Sequence record: MN794232.1
Direction: 5' to 3' (one strand)
Length of the DNA: 64,000 bases
Part shown: positions 1 through 8,881 of the stretch, one piece after another
How positions within the stretch are numbered: the first letter of the stretch is position 1
How the letters are laid out: each line of letters starts with the position of its first letter
Translations under genes and position numbers: made by a program
Notes under the pieces: generated by a model
Told to the model about the DNA's origin: nothing
What the model saw: only the letters and a program-made list of their open reading frames with translations
Databases searched by the model: none

Positions 1-28
1 GAAGCATATACAATTTGCGGAAAAGAAT

Positions 29-54
29 AAAAGAGGGGCATTCGCCCCTTTTTT
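29..54. terminator. Bidirectional intrinsic terminator
   Basis: AGGGGC-attc-GCCCCT stem with A-run before and T-run after, at the end of the - strand ORF 53..1108. Confidence 0.8.
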
Positions 55-1108
55 ATGGTCTGTAGATCATGTGATTTGAACCCATTCGTTCCCATGTACC
101 TAGATTCATGCGATTTTTCATTTCAGCGAAGAATGCGGGGTTTGCTCTAATGTCATCAAGTGGCAGTGCAACAACACCTTCAGTTTTATGCGCCAATAGC
201 TCTAGTTTATCAAGCAAATCAGATGTTGTACGACCGTCATATTTGAATTGACTGAACCAATAACCAATCTTACTGAATTTCGTATCTCTTGTGTATTTCA
301 CATCAAAGCCTTTCAGAGCATACGCTAAGTTACTTTCTTTACCGTGAAACGGCTTGCGATATGCGCTATGTTCAGCACCAGCACGAGCAAGCAATCTCTT
401 CTTAGCTGCGTCTGGTAGATTGAACCACCCATCAAAGTTCTTCTTGAAGTTCAACATCCATGCTTCTGGTGTAGCTGGTGAGCCTTTGAAGTATGCTTTC
501 GTATCAGCAATGGCTTGTGCATAGCGTGCGTTAATCTCATGAGAATAGTTCTGATATTCGTCGTGAGACGCTTCGTGACCGCTTTTAGCGTGACGGATGA
601 ACTCTTTATCAATGTATCCGCGTTTACGCCCTGAGTGTTGATACACGCCCTCTGCGTCGCTTGTCTCGAAGTCTTCAATGTCACCAGAACGATAGTTGTC
701 GTAAGCGTGTTGCAGTTCATGTAATGCCGTGCTATACAACTGTGGTTTCTGCAATCTGAATTTCGCCATGATTTGACTAACTGCTGTTACTCCAGTTATA
801 TCCACAACAAGCTTGAGATACCCTGCTTCTGGGATCGAGTCGTCATGTAATTTGCCATTCCAAACACCGAGTTCGGTTGGGTTATTATTGTCTAACTTTA
901 GATATGCTAGAATACCTTCAGCTAGTAATGCATCAAATTCACGTTCACCTGTTCTGATATTGAGAGTTTTGGTGTTTACAGATAATTTGCTAGGATCCCA
1001 TGGTGCTTTACTTAGAGCGCCTTCTAACTGGCGTTCCAATGTATCGACGATGGTTTTTGACGCTTGTTCTAATGCGCGTTGTGATTGTACGTTTTCAAAA
1101 ATAATCAT
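53..1108 (-). CDS. Putative zincin-like metallopeptidase (HExxH), late gene
   Basis: 351 aa; ALHELQHAYD motif plus downstream HEINAR; TAAATA upstream on the - strand. Confidence 0.6.
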   Translation of the reverse strand: MIIFENVQSQRALEQASKTIVDTLERQLEGALSKAPWDPSKLSVNTKTLNIRTGEREFDALLAEGILAYLKLDNNNPTELGVWNGKLHDDSIPEAGYLKLVVDITGVTAVSQIMAKFRLQKPQLYSTALHELQHAYDNYRSGDIEDFETSDAEGVYQHSGRKRGYIDKEFIRHAKSGHEASHDEYQNYSHEINARYAQAIADTKAYFKGSPATPEAWMLNFKKNFDGWFNLPDAAKKRLLARAGAEHSAYRKPFHGKESNLAYALKGFDVKYTRDTKFSKIGYWFSQFKYDGRTTSDLLDKLELLAHKTEGVVALPLDDIRANPAFFAEMKNRMNLGTWERMGSNHMIYRP

Positions 1109-1126
1109 CTTTTTTCTCGAATTCGG

Positions 1127-1188
1127 TTGACTGTATTACTTATTTAGGTTAATATCTCTCTCATCGAAACGAAAGAGAGAACATTATG
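1127..1188 (+). promoter_or_regulatory. Early promoter cassette
   Basis: TTGACT(1127)-17 bp-TAATAT(1150), then ATCGAAACGAAAGAGAGAACATTATG leader. Confidence 0.7.
1141..1146 (-). promoter_or_regulatory. Late promoter core TAAATA
   Basis: TAAATA on the - strand about 33 nt upstream of ORF 53..1108, inside the spacer of the divergent early promoter. Confidence 0.55.
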
Positions 1189-1881
1189 ACTAATGCAGCA
1201 CGCAAATTTGTATACGACATCTTCCACGATGAGCTTCAAAAGCCGGTTGTGAATCTAGACGTATTTAAAATCAAGGGTTCAGATGGTAAGCCGGTGATTA
1301 ACTATCTATCGAACCCGCACATACGCAAACAACGCTTTATTATGTTCGTGAATAAACGACATAACATCAAGTATGGACGTTCTTTTTGGACGCATGATAT
1401 TCGTGATGATTGTGACAAAATCGAAGGTACTTGGTCGAGCGTGGCTAAGGAAATCATCAAACGCAAAGCCGAATACGCAAATTACGTGACTAAGACGTAT
1501 CTTGATTACGACTATGGTGTTGAAGAGCCGACCCTTGCAATTATCGACAAGATGCTGAACAAGCCGAAGCGTTTTCACGTTGCAAAGTACATCAATAATG
1601 AACTGTGTGTCACATCGACGAACAATTCAATTGTGCTAATTGATCGTGATACTGGTGTGAAATTCGTTGCGAAGATGCAAGATTATCGCCATACTAGTGA
1701 TATAATGCGACTTGCAACACCTGAAAAAGTGTTTACCCCTAACGAAGAGAAAGCACTTTGCAGTGCAATTACAAATCTTGTAAATTCTCGCATCAACGAT
1801 ATTCGTGCTAAGAAACGTGCGAAAGAAGAGAAACGCCGCCAAGCAAAACGTCAACAACTAATCGAAGCATACGGGGCATAA
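1186..1881 (+). CDS. Hypothetical protein
   Basis: 231-aa ORF with GAGAG RBS. Confidence 0.8.
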   Translation: MTNAARKFVYDIFHDELQKPVVNLDVFKIKGSDGKPVINYLSNPHIRKQRFIMFVNKRHNIKYGRSFWTHDIRDDCDKIEGTWSSVAKEIIKRKAEYANYVTKTYLDYDYGVEEPTLAIIDKMLNKPKRFHVAKYINNELCVTSTNNSIVLIDRDTGVKFVAKMQDYRHTSDIMRLATPEKVFTPNEEKALCSAITNLVNSRINDIRAKKRAKEEKRRQAKRQQLIEAYGA

Positions 1882-1883
1882 TC

Positions 1884-2276
1884 ATGGCATACGAAGTAAT
1901 CAACGGCAAATTGCGTAAAGTAAAGAAAAACAAGCCACGCGACTATGATAAAGAATGGTCAAAGATGCACGAAACTGCCAAGAAGCAAGTTGAAATCATG
2001 GATCGTATTCATGAACGTGAGCGCATTGACCGTCTAGGTACTCGTGAGCGTCACGAAGCAATGATTGACCTTGCTAAACGCAATGAGCGTAAAGGTAAGA
2101 AAGGCGGTGACTGTAACGTAACTCAGTGTCAAAAGCCAGGCGCAAGCTCTTACAACACTGCAATGAGAGCGTATTACTGCGAGTCTTGTGCTCACGATAT
2201 TTGGCAAGCAGGTCAACGCGACGGTCGTGACTTCATTCGACCAACACCAGATTACACATACAAGTACGAGGGTTAA
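1884..2276 (+). CDS. Hypothetical protein with Cys cluster
   Basis: 130 aa; CNVTQC...YYCESC. Confidence 0.75.
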   Translation: MAYEVINGKLRKVKKNKPRDYDKEWSKMHETAKKQVEIMDRIHERERIDRLGTRERHEAMIDLAKRNERKGKKGGDCNVTQCQKPGASSYNTAMRAYYCESCAHDIWQAGQRDGRDFIRPTPDYTYKYEG

Positions 2277-2280
2277 TCTC

Positions 2281-2520
2281 ATGGGCGAATTTTTATTGGC
2301 AATGTTTATCTTCTCGTTCGCAATGGCAAACATCGGTTCGATTTTCATTTGCTTGTATGCAGCGTTCAATCGCCAATACAACGTACCGATGATCTTAGTT
2401 GCATTGTACGGGTTCATGGGTACGTTTGTTGTCGGCATCGTGTTCTTTCTGCTATTCATCTTTGCCAAAATCGAAGAAACGAAGTTCTGGCAAAAACTGT
2501 CTAAAATGAGGGAATTCTAA
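2281..2520 (+). CDS. Small membrane protein
   Basis: ATG at 2281 after GAGG; two hydrophobic segments. Confidence 0.7.
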   Translation: MGEFLLAMFIFSFAMANIGSIFICLYAAFNRQYNVPMILVALYGFMGTFVVGIVFFLLFIFAKIEETKFWQKLSKMREF

Positions 2521-2852
2521 TGCAACAAACTGTATTATTCATCGACTTCCGCAACCCACACACTGCGATTGTCGCCAACACGACATTACGAGACAAAAAC
2601 TTCGATTTGTCGGGTATGGGATTGCGTCGAGCTTGTCAGTCGAACTATATTGCACTTGAGAAGCAAGGCAAATGGCGTTTAGTGAAATGTCGTTACATGT
2701 TTGGGTTCGAATCTATGGAATTCAACACGCTCGATGGTGTTGTTGCATTCATCAACGCGATTAACATCGACAACAATCAACCATTGATTCGTGAAGTTGT
2801 TGTTGAAGAAGTCGCACCCGTGTACACTAACATTAAAGTACGAGGTTTATAA
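2520..2852 (+). CDS. Hypothetical protein
   Basis: 110 aa; TAATG coupling. Confidence 0.75.
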   Translation: MQQTVLFIDFRNPHTAIVANTTLRDKNFDLSGMGLRRACQSNYIALEKQGKWRLVKCRYMFGFESMEFNTLDGVVAFINAINIDNNQPLIREVVVEEVAPVYTNIKVRGL

Positions 2853-3133
2853 TGGGCTTTGAAACAAAAATTATCTGCTATGCAGCGCACGTAACTGAAT
2901 TCGAGCCAGGATGGGGAACTCGACCAGATGGTTACATCATTGCCAAGACTGAAGCTGATGTTCTGGCAAAAGGCGAGCACATGCGAGAGATCGCTAAACA
3001 ATCCAAACACGGCTATGAGTATATCGGTGAAGTCTTTAAGTTCGAACCGACTCAGAAAGCTATTGATGAATTAACCGACCGTGACTATATCTGGACAGGT
3101 CGAAACTTTGATGAATGGGGTACTGTACTATGA
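2852..3133 (+). CDS. Hypothetical protein
   Basis: 93 aa; TAATG coupling. Confidence 0.75.
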   Translation: MGFETKIICYAAHVTEFEPGWGTRPDGYIIAKTEADVLAKGEHMREIAKQSKHGYEYIGEVFKFEPTQKAIDELTDRDYIWTGRNFDEWGTVL

Positions 3134-3363
3134 CAATCTTTCTGCTTGTATCATTCTTTCTAGGCGCTTATTTCATGAGCGAACTACCACCAGAATTACG
3201 ATACAAAACAACATCGCCTAAGAAACTATGGGCTTCTGCATCACGACTGCAACAAATTGCACTTGTTGTTGGGTTTGTCGGCGTGCTGTTCTTCTACTTG
3301 ATTCTAGGTATCCTAATTGGATGGACTAAAGTTAAAGAATCCGACTGGAATCGTAAGGGGTGA
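3130..3363 (+). CDS. Small membrane protein
   Basis: ATGA overlap; two hydrophobic segments. Confidence 0.7.
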   Translation: MTIFLLVSFFLGAYFMSELPPELRYKTTSPKKLWASASRLQQIALVVGFVGVLFFYLILGILIGWTKVKESDWNRKG

Positions 3364-3366
3364 TAA

Positions 3367-3570
3367 ATGTCTGCTGCTCCTAAAACTCATTTACAGCGAT
3401 TTGATGAACGAGGTAGAACGCTGTACATTCAAGATGCCTTTGCTCATCATTACTTTGAATATGATGACATCAACAAAACTGTGACAATTGAAACGGTTAT
3501 GTTATGTAATAACGAAACTGTCAAGATTGGTGTATATGAACAGAACGAGTTCGGGAGCGTCAAATCATGA
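3367..3570 (+). CDS. Hypothetical protein
   Basis: 67-aa ORF in operon. Confidence 0.65.
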   Translation: MSAAPKTHLQRFDERGRTLYIQDAFAHHYFEYDDINKTVTIETVMLCNNETVKIGVYEQNEFGSVKS

Positions 3571-3737
3571 TAGTTCTTCAGCACGAGACTGACGGGTATA
3601 TCGTCCAAATTGGATGTGACATTTGTTGCACCGATGACATTGACAAAGCATCCATATTCGAAACTGTTGATGTCGCACAAGAATTCAAAGATCAATGGGA
3701 CTTATGGGACTGGGAAGTTAGAGAGGTCGGCTTATGA
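3567..3737 (+). CDS. Hypothetical protein (56 aa, below ORF-track cutoff)
   Basis: MIVLQHETDGY...; ATGA overlaps at both ends. Confidence 0.65.
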   Translation: MIVLQHETDGYIVQIGCDICCTDDIDKASIFETVDVAQEFKDQWDLWDWEVREVGL

Positions 3738-3922
3738 TGCGTAGGCATGAAATTCAAGGACTAGTTGAACGTCGCGGGTTTGAATTTCGCGAAGCAATCA
3801 ATGAATACAGCGAATCACGTTGGCAAGTCATCGACAATGGTAAAGTGGTCTACGAATCATACAATGAATACTGCATTGAAGCATTCTTGCTTGGCGTAGA
3901 TTACATCACAGACGCAATTTAA
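3734..3922 (+). CDS. Hypothetical protein
   Basis: 62 aa; GAGG RBS. Confidence 0.65.
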   Translation: MMRRHEIQGLVERRGFEFREAINEYSESRWQVIDNGKVVYESYNEYCIEAFLLGVDYITDAI

Positions 3923-3942
3923 GCCGCATTTCGCGGCTTTTT
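3921..3942 (+). terminator. Intrinsic terminator
   Basis: AAGCCGC-atttc-GCGGCTT followed by TTT. Confidence 0.7.
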
Positions 3943-3951
3943 GAGGTTCAT

Positions 3952-4254
3952 ATGAAGAAACAAATATTAAACATTCAGCGCGACGATGCGAAATTCGAGC
4001 TATATCGTCAAGGTCAAGCTGCACGTCATGCACGTGCTGAAATCATCCGACACGTTGCGAAGAATCATAACCCATTTCTAGTTGGTCAATACACGCTTTA
4101 CAAAGAGCACGACGTGAAAATCGTTCGTCAATTGCTTCGTTATGCTGAGATCAATGCTGAAGTGCGCGTTGTCCCTACGATTGGTCGTTTGCCAGACTGT
4201 TTGAACGAAATTCACGGAATCGGATTCGAGGTAACGCTAAATAATGATAGTTAA
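3952..4254 (+). CDS. Hypothetical protein
   Basis: 100 aa; GAGG RBS. Confidence 0.7.
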   Translation: MKKQILNIQRDDAKFELYRQGQAARHARAEIIRHVAKNHNPFLVGQYTLYKEHDVKIVRQLLRYAEINAEVRVVPTIGRLPDCLNEIHGIGFEVTLNNDS

Positions 4255-4528
4255 CATTGCTCATCATTCTTTTGATGTGTACATTGGTCGCGGCACACCG
4301 TTCGGAAATCCATTCAAAGCAGGGATCGACGGCACTCGGAGCGAAGTTATTGAGCTTTATCGAGAGTGGTTGCGCATTCAATTACAAGACGACGAATTTA
4401 AAAAGCAGTTTATGCAACTAAAAGGAAAGATTCTCGGCTGTCATTGTAAGCCAAAAGCGTGCCATGGCGATGTAATTCTCGAAGAACTTGATAGATTGAG
4501 CAGCCCACTAAACAATTTTATAGGTTAA
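4244..4528 (+). CDS. DUF4326-like protein
   Basis: VYIGRGTPFGNPF and LGCHCKPKACHGDV motifs. Confidence 0.8.
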   Translation: MIVNIAHHSFDVYIGRGTPFGNPFKAGIDGTRSEVIELYREWLRIQLQDDEFKKQFMQLKGKILGCHCKPKACHGDVILEELDRLSSPLNNFIG

Positions 4529-4531
4529 TCT

Positions 4532-4825
4532 ATGAGAGAAGCAATTGCATTATTAAGCAACACGAGAATGGGATATACTGACATTAGCGCATTTGGCGAT
4601 CCAGTATTATATGTTCATGCGGGGCATGAGACGGTATTAAAAGTGCAATACACTGAAGATTGCTACTCATTTTACGACTACAGAAGCAAGTATCTTTATA
4701 CAGAGCAGTCCATCGACGACTTAGAGATACATTTGAAATCAATAGATGTCGGGTTAGACGATGATCTACCGTTAAATGGGAACATCGACAAAGACACGAT
4801 ACCAGACGGGGAATTTTTAGAATGA
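4532..4825 (+). CDS. Hypothetical acidic protein
   Basis: 97-aa ORF coupled to the next gene. Confidence 0.65.
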   Translation: MREAIALLSNTRMGYTDISAFGDPVLYVHAGHETVLKVQYTEDCYSFYDYRSKYLYTEQSIDDLEIHLKSIDVGLDDDLPLNGNIDKDTIPDGEFLE

Positions 4826-5742
4826 AGTTTAGTGAATATCAAAGAATAAACGAATCTCTAGATCGCCCTGCCAATTATAAACTGGTTAGAGAACTCCCAA
4901 ATTTAAACGTGTATGCGTTTCAAGTTGATGGTGTTTATTATGAAATAGACATCCAGAAATCAAACATACGAGAGCCTAATGGGATGCAGTCAATGAAAGC
5001 TGAAGTCTCATTCAAAGCACTCGACGGTAGTGGTTATCAACTAACCAAAAAAGACGATAAAACGGCACGAATTGTACTATCAACCGTAGTTGATGCTATC
5101 TTCAGCTTCGTACGCGAATACAATCCTGCTCAAATATTATATTCTGCATTCAACGATGCTGATCCGTCAGATGCTGCTAAACGGCTTCGCTTATATCAGA
5201 TCATGACTAAAGCAAAACTGCGTGAATTCCCTGAATATGATTTCCGAAACGTTGGGCGTGATTTCATCGTCTACGATGTCAATTACCAACAACGAGTCGA
5301 GGAATTTTCAAGAAGAGCACGTCGACCAGTGGGGTATGAAGAAAGATCAGACCACGTTGAAGTAAATTTATCACACGCCAACGCTTTTGCGTTTATACGG
5401 GCGTTTGGTGTAAATGATGGCGACTCAAAGAGCGGCGTACTAGGTAAAGGTCGAGCTTTCGTAGGCGCAACAAACGAAATTAAAGCACGTCTAAGAGTAG
5501 ATCGTGTGGTGTATGAAATGTCTGATAGAGAAGGATGGCTTGCGGCTCTTCAGCACCCTATTTTTGACTATGGCGAGGGTCCTGAAGTTGATCGAACATA
5601 TCTAGTCGGGGCATTTAAAAACTTCTATATCGTGTTGACTAGTCAAACAAGTCTAAAAATATACACCGATGATGCTGCGTTTACAAAATATGTGAATGCT
5701 TTCGACGCGCCATGGTTAAACCCAGAAATAATGGAATCTTAA
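4822..5742 (+). CDS. Putative internal head protein, paralogue 1
   Basis: 306 aa; N-terminus MKFSEYQRINES resembles T4 capsid-targeting sequences; N-domain similar to next ORF. Confidence 0.6.
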   Translation: MKFSEYQRINESLDRPANYKLVRELPNLNVYAFQVDGVYYEIDIQKSNIREPNGMQSMKAEVSFKALDGSGYQLTKKDDKTARIVLSTVVDAIFSFVREYNPAQILYSAFNDADPSDAAKRLRLYQIMTKAKLREFPEYDFRNVGRDFIVYDVNYQQRVEEFSRRARRPVGYEERSDHVEVNLSHANAFAFIRAFGVNDGDSKSGVLGKGRAFVGATNEIKARLRVDRVVYEMSDREGWLAALQHPIFDYGEGPEVDRTYLVGAFKNFYIVLTSQTSLKIYTDDAAFTKYVNAFDAPWLNPEIMES

Positions 5743-5744
5743 AA

Positions 5745-6596
5745 ATGAAATTTAGCGAATATCAAAACGAGCTAACAGAAGCATTTGATCGACCAGCACC
5801 GATCACAGCGCGTCGCGGCAATCAGAGTTTTTTCATGATTGGTGACACTGAGTACATGGTCGGGTTGTATTACGACGACTCGAAAAAATCACTCGGAGTT
5901 GACTTCATGCATAAGCCGGGTGATTCAGCAACGTACTACTACAGCTTAGCCAAAGGCAACTCAAAAGACGCAATGACTGTTTTTGCCACAGTGATTGCAG
6001 AAATCAAGCGGCTTATGAAAGACAACCCGGTAAATAAAATCAGCTTTAGCGCGTTTCAAGACTCTGATAGCTCAGATGCTAAAAAGCGTTTCCGTTTGTA
6101 CAAGCGTATGGCAGAACGTTTCAGCAAAGAGCTTGGGTTCAGAATGACCACGTATGGCGATTCTTTCACCATGACACGTATAAATCCTGTTGCAGTCAAT
6201 GTAGAAGAGCCAACTGGTTATGATACAGCGTGGGGTACTGAAATGCTCGATCTGTATGAAGTCAACGACGCTGCAATTGCCAAAGTCACAGAAGGTGATG
6301 GTGAATGGCGTTTGAATAACTGGAACAAGCTGATTGTTCGCAACGGTAAAGTAACACTAACATCGGGTCCAATTCGAATGTCAGACGCTTGGTACGATGC
6401 GTTTTACGACTTAGAATGGTATCACGATGAAGAAGGCGAACAATGGTTCGATGATGAACAGAAGATCGCGATCATCAATGGTAAAGTTTGGGTCATCAAC
6501 GACATGGAAATTACTATTTGGCCAAGTATTGAGAAATTAGAATTGCAAAGTGACTCGGAATTATCAAGCGGGACACGTCAATTGCTTGGATATTAA
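5745..6596 (+). CDS. Putative internal head protein, paralogue 2
   Basis: Start at 5745, MKFSEYQNELTEA; SAFQDSDSSDAKKRFRLY matches SAFNDADPSDAAKRLRLY in the previous ORF. Confidence 0.6.
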   Translation: MKFSEYQNELTEAFDRPAPITARRGNQSFFMIGDTEYMVGLYYDDSKKSLGVDFMHKPGDSATYYYSLAKGNSKDAMTVFATVIAEIKRLMKDNPVNKISFSAFQDSDSSDAKKRFRLYKRMAERFSKELGFRMTTYGDSFTMTRINPVAVNVEEPTGYDTAWGTEMLDLYEVNDAAIAKVTEGDGEWRLNNWNKLIVRNGKVTLTSGPIRMSDAWYDAFYDLEWYHDEEGEQWFDDEQKIAIINGKVWVINDMEITIWPSIEKLELQSDSELSSGTRQLLGY

Positions 6597-6600
6597 TCAG

Positions 6601-6625
6601 AAAGGTAGCTTCGGCTACCTTTTTT
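6601..6625 (+). terminator. Intrinsic terminator with UUCG loop
   Basis: AAAGGTAGC-TTCG-GCTACCTTT followed by a T-run. Confidence 0.85.
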
Positions 6626-6646
6626 CGTTTTCAGAGCAAAAAACGG

Positions 6647-6708
6647 TTGCACGAAATGCTAGAAACCCCTATTATAGCTTCATCGAAACGAAAGAGGAAA
6701 ACGAAATG
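6647..6708 (+). promoter_or_regulatory. Early promoter cassette
   Basis: TTGCAC-17 bp-TATTAT, then ATCGAAACGAAAGAGG leader. Confidence 0.75.
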
Positions 6709-7005
6709 GATGTAACATCAAAACTTGAATTGTCGATGAAAGAGTTCGTTGACGTTCCATATAACGAGCACAAAACTCATTCTCTTGTTGGTCAAGCAAG
6801 TGAGCACATCAACTCGTATTACAATAATCCGGGTGAAATCGTGACTTCAAACGTCATGTACGTTGAAATCAACGGTGGTATTGTGTATGCTGTAACGCAC
6901 TCTAAGAGTCGCTACCAGCTAACCAATGTGTCTCATGATGAGATTGCGCAAATGGTTAAAGCCGCAAGCGAACGCGGGATTAATATTCCGCTTTACAAAA
7001 ACTAG
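6706..7005 (+). CDS. Hypothetical protein
   Basis: ATG at 6706 after GAGG. Confidence 0.75.
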   Translation: MDVTSKLELSMKEFVDVPYNEHKTHSLVGQASEHINSYYNNPGEIVTSNVMYVEINGGIVYAVTHSKSRYQLTNVSHDEIAQMVKAASERGINIPLYKN

Positions 7006-7065
7006 AAAAATTGCTTTAATACAAACTGATTCACTACTTTTGATTACTTTTGAGAGAAATATATT

Positions 7066-7380
7066 ATGACTACTATCGTAAACTTCACTGCTGCAATCGA
7101 ACTAACTACTAAAGCTCTTGTTGAAACTAACCGTATCGAGGGTCGTTTCTACAACTCACGCATCGGTCACGAGCAAGGTGAGCAAGCGAAAACTGACGCA
7201 GTTCGAGCGTTCAAAGTAATCGACAACAAAGTATATGCTGAAACTCGCAACTGCGTGTTCCATCTTCGCAATCTGTCTGCTCTTGCACTAGCTGACTTCA
7301 ACACTATCAACGCACCAGTGTACATGAAGAAAGCTGATGCTGAGTTCGACGAAATGGTTAAAGCAGCCCTGTTCTCGTAA
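7066..7380 (+). CDS. Hypothetical protein
   Basis: 104 aa; GAGAG RBS. Confidence 0.75.
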   Translation: MTTIVNFTAAIELTTKALVETNRIEGRFYNSRIGHEQGEQAKTDAVRAFKVIDNKVYAETRNCVFHLRNLSALALADFNTINAPVYMKKADAEFDEMVKAALFS

Positions 7381-7832
7381 TGTACCCGAAGAATAAAAGC
7401 TATTATGACTTGGTGTATCTTGACATCGCCAAGTCATTTGCTAAGAAAAGCACCTGCAAGCAGAAGCAAGTAGGTGCTGTCATCGTCAAGAATGATCGCA
7501 TTATCTCACACGGTTACAATGGTACGCCGTCAGGTATGCTTCACTGTAAAGATACCGCTGACTTCGGTGATCTAACCCACCGTCAATGGTCAGAAATTCA
7601 CGAGATTCATGCTGAACAAAACGCGATTTGCTACGCTGCACGCGCTGGCATATCTACTGAAGGCGCGACTATGTACGTCACAGCGTCGCCGTGTCATAAC
7701 TGTGCCAAGCTGATAGTCGCGGCTGGTATCAAAATTCTCATTGTAGGTTCGATTTACAGCGGTTCGCAACCCGATTGGTGGCACTGGCTACGTGATCGCG
7801 GTGTGAAAGTTATTATGTTCGAAGACGAATAA
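7380..7832 (+). CDS. cd: dCMP deaminase
   Basis: QVGAVIVK, GYNG, HAEQNA and PCHNC zinc-deaminase motifs. Confidence 0.93.
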   Translation: MYPKNKSYYDLVYLDIAKSFAKKSTCKQKQVGAVIVKNDRIISHGYNGTPSGMLHCKDTADFGDLTHRQWSEIHEIHAEQNAICYAARAGISTEGATMYVTASPCHNCAKLIVAAGIKILIVGSIYSGSQPDWWHWLRDRGVKVIMFEDE

Positions 7833-7886
7833 TGTTTAATATAAGTAATTCGGACTTATAATAGAGCTTTAACAAGAGAGAAACAT

Positions 7887-8813
7887 ATGAAAAGTACAAT
7901 GTTTTTGAACAACATCACATGCATCGACCATGCATGGGTTGATGATATGGGTGAAATGAATGGTAATAGCTACAATCTATGTGTAGAAATTACCGGTGAA
8001 GTTGACGAAACTGAACAAGTCGTTATTGATTTCAGTGGTTGTAAGAAAGCAATCAAACATCTTGTGGATGATTCGGAATTCGCCATTGATCATCGTCTAA
8101 TCGTCGTTGACGGGTTTAGTGATGCAGTTCTTTCTCAAGTCGAAGATCGACTACGCATTCAAATCGACACGCCGGTCTTCCATGCAGTGTCTACGGTTGA
8201 CGACTGGTATCAAGTCATCAAGCCGAGCGAATTGATCGAAGCCGATTTCAAAATCCCTAGCGATTCTCTGTACATGTCGTATGTTACTGAGTATCTTGAA
8301 AATATGCTACTTGAACAGCTACGTAAACAAGGCTATCCTGTTACACACGTCGCTGTAGAGCTTTCAGAGTCGTTTGACTTACCATCTTGGGCAAACAGTC
8401 ACGTTGAATTTAACTACGCTCACGGGCTGCGTTCAAGCACATCATACGGATGTCAGAACATTGCACACGGTCACCGTTCATTCATTGCAGTAGATAAGCA
8501 CTTGAATAGTAACGGTCGCAAGGTACTGAAGCGCATTGCTAAAGAAATGAGCGGTTATATTGCTTGGTCAGAAAACATTCGCAAAGAAGATGAAGTGTCT
8601 TACACTTCAAATCGCGGCAACTTCTACTTGAGACACAGCAATATCAAAGTAATCCCGACTGAAACTACAGTCGAAAATCTAGCCAATTACATTGCAACTA
8701 CATACGAAGAAGAGTTCCAACGAATGGGCGTTCAGCGTGTGTGGGTATCTGAGGGTCTATCAAAAGGCTCGGTTGTAGACATCAAAATCAACAAAGAATT
8801 GCTCTATAAGTAA
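7887..8813 (+). CDS. queD: Two-domain QueD/PTPS-like 6-carboxytetrahydropterin synthase
   Basis: N-domain VIDF...IDHRL; C-domain AHG...C...HGH and TTVENLA; sits next to folE. Confidence 0.75.
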   Translation: MKSTMFLNNITCIDHAWVDDMGEMNGNSYNLCVEITGEVDETEQVVIDFSGCKKAIKHLVDDSEFAIDHRLIVVDGFSDAVLSQVEDRLRIQIDTPVFHAVSTVDDWYQVIKPSELIEADFKIPSDSLYMSYVTEYLENMLLEQLRKQGYPVTHVAVELSESFDLPSWANSHVEFNYAHGLRSSTSYGCQNIAHGHRSFIAVDKHLNSNGRKVLKRIAKEMSGYIAWSENIRKEDEVSYTSNRGNFYLRHSNIKVIPTETTVENLANYIATTYEEEFQRMGVQRVWVSEGLSKGSVVDIKINKELLYK

Positions 8814-8881
8814 TCAACAAATTAATGTTTAGTAGCACGTCTCGGCGTGCTATTATTGTTTTCTATCAATGAGGAAATAGA

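Noticed and set aside
451-1130. ORFs 451..720 (-) and 813..1130 (+)
   Set aside because: They lie within or antisense to the 351-aa gene, lack an RBS and have atypical composition.
7011-7040. MotA-box middle promoter (ATTGCTTTA)
   Set aside because: No -10 hexamer at the 11-13 bp spacing MotA requires.
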